Below are positions 38,685 to 49,068 of a stretch of 64,000 bases of DNA, in pieces. How positions within the stretch are numbered: the stretch's first letter is position 1; the number at the start of each line of letters is the position of its first letter. A program made the position numbers and the translations under genes. The DNA is from Mytilus californianus (Eukaryota). The notes below the pieces were generated by a model. The model saw only the letters and a list, made by a program, of their open reading frames with translations, did no database searches and had not been told where the DNA came from. The DNA is taken from positions 98,394,001 through 98,458,000 of the forward strand of contig NW_026262701.1 in the NCBI RefSeq assembly GCF_021869535.1. The letters run 5' to 3'.

Positions 38685-41600
38685 CTACAAGAAAAAAATG
38701 TAATTCTTTTAAAAAACTTTTTACCTTTATGAAAAATAATACACATGCTGCAAGATAAGCATGTGAATTAACAGTCAGTCTTCAAATCATCTGGATTGCC
38801 TCGGTGGTTTAATAGAAGCGTGTTCGCCTCGATTGCGGGAGGTCGTAGGTTTGAACCCCGGCCAGGTCAAACCAAATACTTTAACATAGGTATTTGTTGC
38901 TTTTCCGCTTAAAACGCAGCAATAAGTAATAAGATCAAAGACTGTTGGGCTCGGACTCATAATAATGTGTTTGGGTAGATTTGTCTTCTGTGGACTGACT
39001 ACCAAGTGTGAACTAGCACGTTAAAAGACCGACTCAGCGTGTCGTGCTAGTCCACAGCAATGTTAATATTCATAAAATTGAGAATGGAAATGGAGAATGT
39101 GTCAAAGAGACAACAACCCGACCATAGAGCAGACAACAGCCGAAGGCCACCAACGGGTCTTCAATGCAGAGAGAAACTCTCGCACCCGGAGGCGTCCTTC
39201 AGCTGGCCCCTAAACAAATATGTATACTAGTTCAGTGATAATGGACGTCATACTAAACTCCAAATTATACACAAGAAACTAAAATTAAAAATGATACAAG
39301 ACTAACAAAGGCCAGAGGCTCCTGACTTGGGACAGGCGCAAAAATGCGGCGGGGTTAAACATGTTTTTTGAGATCTCAACCCTCCCCCTATACCTCTAGC
39401 CAATGTAGAAAAATAAAACGTACAACAGTACGCACAGTAAAACTCAGTTTAAGAGAAGTCCGAGTCCGATGTCAGAATAGGAAACAAAAGAAAATAAACA
39501 AAATGACAATAATACATAAATAACAACAGACTACTAGCAGTTACTGACATGCCAGCTCCAGACCTCAATTAAACTGATTGAAAGATTATGTCTTCATCAT
39601 ATGAATATCAGGCACAATCCCTCCTGTTAGGGGTTTAGTATTATACCATCATAAAATTTATGAGAAGAACTTAACCCGTGTCCTGCCAACAACTGGTTTT
39701 AGAATAAATATGTTTAATTCCGATGCAAAGACCCTATAAGTGAATCAATATTAAAGCCAAAATATGCAATCTTTAATGACCTGACAACATTATCGTAATT
39801 ATATCCCTTCTTAATAACTAAAGTCTGTTTAAAGGTTTTGTTAGCTTTTGAGGTGAATACTGACATTTTTGTGCTTTGTAAAGAATATTACCACAAAAAA
39901 TTGGATGTGAAATACCCGAACGTATAAGATGTCTGCATGTTGAGTTATATTTACGAATGATGTCCTTATAGTTCAGTTTCATGTTCTCGTCTTGAATATA
40001 CTCTTAACTTGCCGCTGGGCGTCAAACAGCCATCAATCCATCCATCATATCATCTGGAGGCTTCAGTATCGGGGTTTCTCGGAGGTCTGACTTTGGCGAC
40101 AAATGATACACAGAATAATATTTAATACATATAGAAATCGATTATAATTACATATTTTCAATGCAAAAACACTTCATCAAAGATACCAGGCATTAATTGT
40201 GTACGTCAGAAACGCGTTTCGCCTGCTAAAGACTCATCATGTATGCTCGAATAAAAAAGTTAAAAGACCAAATCAAAAACAAAGTTGATGAGCACTGACG
40301 ACCCAAAATTCCGAAAGGTTTTGCTAAATACAAATAAGTCAATTTATTCCTGGGTCTGAGTCTTTAATCTGTCTCCATACTATCCTATATGTTATACCAG
40401 GGTAATTCATGACACATCATGCAACATAAACAAATGAAACTAGACACACACATATTTAATCGGCTTGAAAAATAGATATAACATGGAGGACAGTGTTTCA
40501 GACACAAATTTAACAACTCTAAAAGTCAGCTGTCGATCTTTTCTGGATTTTGCAGAAGAAATTCTAACCTTTTTGACGAAACTTTAAAAGAAAAAAAAGA
40601 ACTTATTCTAATGTATTTTACGTACCCTGTTCTTGCAAATGTTGTCCAATACTGGATGAGATTTCTAGACAGTTTCATACCGTCAGTGGATACAACTTCA
40701 GGTCTGAACATGTAAATAAGTTCGTCTGCATGACCACTACCATTGAACCAAGATGGGAAAGGTCCACCCCACGGCTCTGGACTTGGCATGGAAAATTGAT
40801 AATGATATGTCGTCGCTCCATACATAGAATGCAATTCCAACATCCTTATTGTTGGATAAACAAACATGATATCTGCTAATAGATGTGTAGCAAGATTGCT
40901 CTGTTCATTTGGAGAGTTTGCTACAAAGTAAAAATCACACAATTGACGTTTTACTTCCTCATTTTGTTTCAGATATGTTTTGACATATTCGGCTATAACT
41001 TCTTCACAAGCCACTCTGTGTGGTATACCTTCATTCAGTGAAAAATTAAATCGCTCCTGAATTTGTGGAAATAAAGTGACGACTAATATTGAGCCTTCGT
41101 TAGAAGTTGTTCCAGCAATCATGTCCAGAGAACGAAAGAATGTAGCTACGGCAGAAGTAGGGTCCTCCAGAGAAAGTATTGGATTTTCTGGAAACAATTC
41201 ACCGTCCACTACTGGGTAATTGTCCGACATGTAGTGTACTTTATCGAGTTGAGCAGTGGCATAAAAATCTGTATAACTTAATAGATCTTGGACTGATAAA
41301 TTCCTCAGACAATCAACAAACGCATATTCATCATCAATTGAACAGCCAGTTCTATTTGCTAGGCCTGTAGCATATTCCCTGATAGCCTCCGATTTACGCA
41401 TTAGAATTTTGCTATGAACACCACTCTGACATATAACTCTCTGAAACAAACCTTTGTTCGCAGGAATCAAGGATTGCAGCGATGTACTCATTGCACCTGC
41501 TGATTCTCCGAAAATCGTTACGGAATCTGGATTGCCACCGAAAGCTTTAATATTATCATGCACCCATTGTATTGCTAGTTTTTGATCCCATAAACCAAAA

Positions 41601-44600
41601 TTTCCTCTAGCGGCCGGATGGTCCATAGCAAAAAATCCAAACACACCAAATCTATAATTAAGAGTAACGACGATAACATTTCCTGTCATGGCAAATTCTG
41701 TAACATCGTCCTGATGTCCATAGCCAAGTTCAAATCCACCGCCATGAATCCATATCATAACGGAATATAGTTTCGTTTTACTGATCACTTTTGGTATGTG
41801 GATGTTAAGGAATAGACAGTCCTCTGAAATACCAGATGTAAACGATGTCTTCTCGAATTCTGGTACGTTTTGAGAGCACGCGGCACCGAATAACGTAGCA
41901 TTTAGCGTATGTATCCAGTTTCCTATAGGTTGTGGTTTCTGGAATCTCCGTTGTCCTACTGGGGGCTTAGCATATGGTATGCCAAGGAATTCGAATACAC
42001 TTTCTCCACGTTTTGGATCGGTTCTTTTCAAACCTCTTATAGGTCCTGATGGTGTAGTAATGGTTATCTGATTAGGAATACCTTCTGCAACTTCTATTAA
42101 GGGATATATTTCAGACCAAAGCTTGATTGTCTCGGGCTTCATTGACCTTTTTAATGTTATTTGTGTGTTAAGGTCCAGATACATGTTTGTCTCATCAAAT
42201 TGTTCCCAGTAAACACTTTCTCCAAACTGATTAGGAGAGCTGAAACAAACAGGAAAAGCAAATGAAGAAATCTTAAATAAACTGGACATACTGTTTCAAT
42301 GGTTACAAATAAAAAACACACAGTCTCTACATCTGCGTAATCATCGAATAAAAGAGAACAAAAATGTTCAAAAACATTCAAATGAAGAACCATAAAATAA
42401 AGAACTGGGAGGGTAAAGAAAAATATCTTAGAATTTAAATGGTTAGATGTATATCAACTTATGCAATAAAGTTTTTTTTTAAAAGACAGTTAACTTTTTA
42501 AATGAATTAGTGGATGTGACACTGCATATAAATGAAACTTAGGATGTGCAATTATTTTTCAAGGTTCTTTGTTATCAATTGATTGTTAAATGTGTTACTT
42601 TACGTCCAGTTGAAAGTGTTTATTTTACATTTAAGTCGAAAACAATTAAACAATTACTCTTTCTAGAAGGTTCTGCTAAGTTATTCTACCGGGTTAAATG
42701 ATTGGAAAAACTAGTTATCAGCAGAAAAAAGGTAACCTTTGGTAGAAACTGACATTTTCCTTGCATCAGCTAGCTATATATCGAATTCCTCAAAGACTTT
42801 TATTTGATAATTATTTAGCAAGTTGAAAGAGCGTCACTTCCCTAATACGGGCACCATATTTAACAACCTAATTATGACCACTTTTGACTTGAATGTTTTA
42901 CATAAGAAAATGCCTGTACCAATTCAGGAATATGACAGTTGTTATCCATTCGTTTGATTTGTTTGAACTTTTGATTTTGCCATTTGATTGGGGACTTTCC
43001 TTTTTGAATTTTCCTCGGAGTTCAGTATTTTTGTGATTTTACTTTTTATATAGTGTACAGTCACAGTCAAATCACTGGTTGTTTGGGGAGGCCCAGTCGA
43101 CCAAATTTCTATATCGCAGTCATTCCGTTGGTTATATTCAAGGGGTAACGTCTTCGAGATCGGGGCCTCGATGGCCGAGTGGTCGAAGTAGTTCAACTAC
43201 TCTAATCAATAGCCAGTCAACACTGAGGTTGTGAGTTCGAACCCCGCTCATGCAAAGGCACTCGAATCTAATCTTAATTCTTTTGAGGTTTTAGATAAAA
43301 TACATGATTTTGATGGTCCTTTTAATTCTGTTGTAAGATATGATTTTTCTACTCTCTATACTACACTTCCGCACAATCTTATCAAGAAAAAGTTTTCATA
43401 TTTAATTAAATGGTCTTTTGAAAAATCTCATTACAAATTTATTTGCTGTAACTCGTTTAAAGCCTTTTTTGTAACGAAAAAGGAAAGTAAGCTAGATACA
43501 CTTACTGGAAATGTGAAGATATGATTGAATCTTTAAATTTTCTCCTGGACAACATATATGTACGTTTTGGCGATAAAGTGTGTCGACAAGTAGTAGGTAT
43601 TCCTATGGGCACTAACTGCGCCCCTTTAATAGCAGATTTATTCCTGTATTGCTATGAATCTCAGTTTATGACCAAACTCAGTAAATACACGTCATTTTTA
43701 CATTTGGTTGATACATTCAACAATACCTTCCGTTATCTAGATGATATTTTTTCGTTAAATAATCCAGAGTTCTCTAAATATACTACCAAAAAATTACCCA
43801 ATAGAACTTACTTTAACTAAATCTAACATAAACAGCAGTAGTTGTCCTTTTATGGATTTGGACATTTCAATCTCTAAAGGAAAACTCCATACGAAAATTT
43901 ACGACAAAAGAGACGATTTTTCATTCCCTATTGTTAATTTTCCTTTTTTAGACGGCGATGTTCCTTTGGCTCCATCATACGGTGTTTATATATCCCAACT
44001 CGTTCGTTATGCCCGTGTGTGTAGTGATGTCATAGATTTTAACGAACGTAATCAATGCATCACTGGTAAATTATTAAGTCAGGGATTTCGTTACCATAAA
44101 TTACGTAAAACTTTTGCTAAGTTTTTTCATAGATACAAAGATTTGATTAGTAAATTTGGCTGTACCTGTAGAAAACTGATTAAAAACGGTATTTCACATC
44201 CTAAATTTTACGGTAATATTGTACTTAAAGCGCAGAAATCACTATGTAATCCGTGTAAACTCATCGAACCCTTAAACAAACTTATTAGTAAAGGTTATCT
44301 TACCAATGTTGTAATTAGATCTTTGAATATAGTTTACATTGGCACTAATATCGATTTTGTCATCAGCAAATTAAAACATAACTAAATTTGCATTTTTTTC
44401 AAACGGGATGTATAAAGACACACCCACGTTCATTTTGATCTATAAAGCGGTTAAACTCCTAACTGTCCAACTGTCTGTCGATACATTTATTTTTGGCATT
44501 GCACAAGTCATGTCTTCTTTGACTGTCCATGACGTAAAAAAACTAAATCCCTGGGATGTGTTTTAGTTGATTTTAGTCTCTGATGCATGATTTTTTTTAT

Positions 44601-47600
44601 TATTAATTGTTTTGGCTTTTAACTAGCTGTCAGTAACTGCGAGTACTCTCAAATCGTACTTTCTTGTTTATTTTACCTGTTGATACTAATTGTAATGCTT
44701 TTTTGTTATTTAATGTTTTTCAGGGTTATATCTGGTCAATATACCAGCTTTAATAAGTGTTTGGTATTACTATAAATTTTCACTTCGTACTATGAACATC
44801 AAAATTTTTTATTTTGTAAAAATATTTCCTTTCTCTATTGGAACTGTACACGTATACCTAACAACAAAATTATTTTCATTTACCTGTGTTTAAAGTAACT
44901 GCAAATGGCTGATATTTTTGTTCGAGCATATTGTTTTTCTTAAATTGTTTAACATTTCATACCGATATAACATGTTACTTTTATTATTCTTCCCTTAGTT
45001 TATTTATTTTGTATTTCATTGTATCATAGGTCAAATGTATTTGTTCAGTGTATGTTCACTGGTGTTAAGATGTCCTTTAATTGAGTTAAGCTATTTCAGT
45101 TGATATTTTATAGTGTGTCTTTCTATGTTGTGATGTTACACTATTGTTTCAGAAAAAAGGTGAAGGTTTGGTACCATTGAAACGTTTAAACCCGTTGCAT
45201 TTGTTTGCACCTGTCCTAAGTCAGGAATCTGATGTTCAGTAGTTGTCGTTTGTTGATGTGGTTCATAAGTGTTTCTCGTTTCTCGTTTTTTATATAGATA
45301 AGACCGTTGGTTTTCCCGTTTGAATGGTTTTACACTAGTAATTTTTAAGGCCTTTTATAGCTTACTGTTCGGTGTGAGCCAAGGCTCCGTGTTGAAGACC
45401 GTACTTTGACCTATAATGGTTTACTTTTATAAATTTTGACTTAGATGGAGAGTTTTCTCATTGGCACTCATACCACATCTTCTTATATCTATTGAATTGT
45501 CAGTTTTCCTACCGAAGGTCCGTTGTTTTTTTATCCGGGAACTTCGGCTTCCTCCAACAATAAAAACTAACCGCCATGAAATAGCACAATAGTGTTGAAA
45601 GCGGTGTTAAACACCAATCAATCAATCAATCAATCAATCTTCGAAATCAGACGCATAAATATGCTTTAGTTGAATTATGAGTCCAAAGTCAATGACAGAA
45701 CTTGATAGAATAACGCATATCGACCTCAATAGTCAAACGTCAAGGGAAATAAGTACCACTTTTTCGACAAATCATGGAAATCTGCTAAACATCTGGTATA
45801 CATATAAAAATCGCTTTAAGGATAACTAGTGTGTGTCGCTTTCTCTTAATTTATGACATAAATATATCATGAACTAAATTCCCAACTATCAAAAAATTTG
45901 AATTTAAACTGTCACGTTTAACATGAATATTTACAAGTATTTATATCATTAGCCTTTAAAATTTAAAATATCAATCTACATGCATATTTAATTTGCCAAC
46001 ACTGTCCATGATATTTATATTTTGATATAATTCGCTATTCAAAGCTGCAATAATTTTCCATTATCAATGCTCATTCTGCATAATGAATGGAAGTAATTTG
46101 CATACCGCTGATGTCATTCTTGAGGAAATGCCCCTTGTTTTTTTGTGCGAAACTGTCAACAATCTAGCTTTCCATAATCTTTGTTAGAACTAATTTCAGC
46201 AAAATTACATTTACGCAAATTTAGCAACAAGTTTGCAAATTTTCAATATATTTACAACGACCATACATACAGTGTTTTTATGCTATGGTTCTTATTTTCC
46301 AGAATAACTACGTTAGATGCAAATAAACTGATGTAAAGAACCTTAATGTAAGTAGAAATTCTATTATATTCAATATTATAACAAATAACAAGCTGTGTTA
46401 CATACCCTGTTTTTGCAAATGATGTCCAATACTGGATGAGATTTCTAGACAGTTTCATACCGTCGGTGGATACCGCTTCAGGTCTGAACATGTAAATAAG
46501 TTCGTCTGCATGACCACTACCATTGAACCAAGACGGGAAAGGTCCACCCCACGGCTCTGGACTTGGCATGGAAAATTGATAATAATATGTCGTCGCTCCA
46601 TACATAGAATGTAATTCCAACATCTTTATTGTTGGGTAAACAAACATGATATCTGCATAAAAATGTGTAGCAAGAAGGCTCTGTTCATTTGGAGAGTTTG
46701 CTACAAAGTAAAAATCACACAATTGACGTTTTACTTCCTCATTTTGTTTCAGATATGTTTTGACATATTCGGCTATAACTTCTTCACAAGCCACTCTGTG
46801 TGGTATACCTTCATTCAGTGAAAAATTAAATCGCTCCTGAATTTGTGGAAATAAATAGATGACTAATATCGAGCCTTCGTTAGAAGTTGTTCCAGCAATC
46901 ATGTCCAGAGAACGAAAGAATGTAGCTACGGCAGAAGAAGGGTCCTCCAGAGAAAGTATTGGATTTTCTGGAAACAGTTCACCGTCTACTACTGGGTAAT
47001 TGTCCGACGCGTAGTATACTTTATCGAGTTGAGCAGTGGCATAAAAATCTGTATAACTTAATAGATCTTGGACTGATAAATTCCTCAGACAATCAACAAA
47101 CGCATATTCATCATCAATTGAACAGCCAGTTCTATTTGCTAGACCTGTAGCATATTCCCTGATAGCCTCCGGTTTACGCATTAGAATTTTGCTATGAACA
47201 CCACTCTGACATATAACTCTCTGAAACAAGCCTTTGTTCGAAGAAATCAGGGACTGCAGTGATGTACTCATTGCACCTGCTGATTCTCCGAATATCGTTA
47301 CGGAATCTGGATTGCCACCGAACGCTTCAATATTATCGTGCACCCATTGTATTGCTAGTTTTTGATCCCATAAACCAAAATTTCCTCTAGCGGCCGGATG
47401 GTCCATAGCTAAAAATCCAAACACACCCAATCTATAATTAAGAGTAACGACAATAACATTTCCTGTCATGGCAAATTCTGTAACATCGTCCTGATGTCCA
47501 TAGCCAAGTTCAAATCCACCGCCATGAATCCATACCATAACGGAATATAGTTTCGTTTTACTGATCACTTTTGGTATGTGGATGTTAAGAAATAGACAGT

Positions 47601-49037
47601 CCTCTGAAATACCAGATTTATACGATGTCATCTCGGATTCTGGTACGTTTTGAGAGCACGCGGCACCGAATGACATAGCATTTAGCGTGTGTATCCAGTT
47701 ACCCATAGGTTGTGGTTTCTGGAATCTCCGTTGGCCTACTGGGGGCTTAGCATATGGTATGCCAAGGAATTCGAATACACTTTCTCCACGTTTTGGATCG
47801 GTTCTTTTCAAACCTCTTATAGGTCCTGATGGTGTAGTAATGGTTATGTGATTAGGAATACCTTCTGCAACTTCGATTAAGGGATATATTTCAGACCAAA
47901 GCTTGATTGTCTCGGGCTTCATTGACCTTTTTAATGTTATTTGTGTGTTAAGGTCCAGATACATGTTTGTCTCGTCAAATTGTTCCCAGTAAACACTTTC
48001 TCCAAACTGATTAGGAGAGCTGAAACAAACAGGAAAAGCAAATGAAGAAATCTTAAATAAACTGGACATACTGTTTCTATGGTTACAAATAAAAAACACA
48101 CAGTCTCTACATCTGCGTTATCATCGAATAGAAGAGAACAAAAATGTTCAAAAACATTCAAATGAAGAACCATAAAATAAAGAACTGGGAGGGTGAAGAA
48201 AAATATCTTAGAATTTAAATGGTTAGATGTATATCAACTTATGCAATAAAGTTTTGTTTTAAAAAGATAGTTAACTTTTTAAATGAATTAGTGGATGTGA
48301 CACTGCATATAAATAAAACTTAGGATGTGCAATTATTTCTTAGGTTCTTTGTTATCAATTGATTGTTAAATGTGTTACTTTACGTCCAGTTGAAAGTGTT
48401 TATTTTACATTTAAGTCGAAAACAATTAAACAATTACTCTTTCTAGAAGGTTCTGCTAAGTTATTCTACCGGGTTAAATGATTGGAAAAACTAGCTATCA
48501 GCAGAAAAAAAGGTAACCTTTGGTAGAAACTGACATTTTCCTTGCATCAGCTAGCTATATATCGAATTCCTCAAAGACTTTTATTTGATAATTATTTAGC
48601 AAGTTGAAAGAGCGTCACTTCCCTAATACGGGCACCGTATTTAACAACCTAATTATGACCACTTTTGACTTGAATGTTTTATATAGTGTACAGTCACAGT
48701 CAAATCACTGGTTGTTTGGGGAGGCCCAGTCGACCAAATTTCTATATCGCAGTCATTCCGTTGGTTATATTCAAGGGGTAACGTCTTCAAGATCGGGGCC
48801 TCGATGGCCGAGTGGTCGAAGTAGTTCAACTACTCTAATCAATAGCCAGTCAACACTGAGGTTGTGAGTTCGAACCCCGCTCATGCAAAGGCACTCGAAT
48901 CTAACCTTAATTGGCTTGAATTGTCAGTTTTCCTACCGAAGGTCCGTTGTTTTTTTTATCCGGGGAATTCGGCTTCCTCCAACAATAAAAACTAACCGCC
49001 ATGAAATAGCACAATAGTGTTGAAAGCGATGTTAAAC

Positions 49038-49068
<31 letters not shown>

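Noticed and set aside
42942-43196. ORFs 42942-43196 and 48604-48867
   Set aside because: They span SINE and short-repeat sequence, and the frame is not conserved between the two paralogous copies.
43522-43524. TGA ending ORF 43231-43524 as a selenocysteine codon
   Set aside because: It is out of the RT frame after a frameshift in the T-run near 43465; the true frame reads WKCEDMIE here.
43162-49068. Functional tRNA genes at 43162-43250, 48795-48885 and ~38800-38860
   Set aside because: They have A/B boxes but no cloverleaf and continue into SINE bodies and microsatellite tails.
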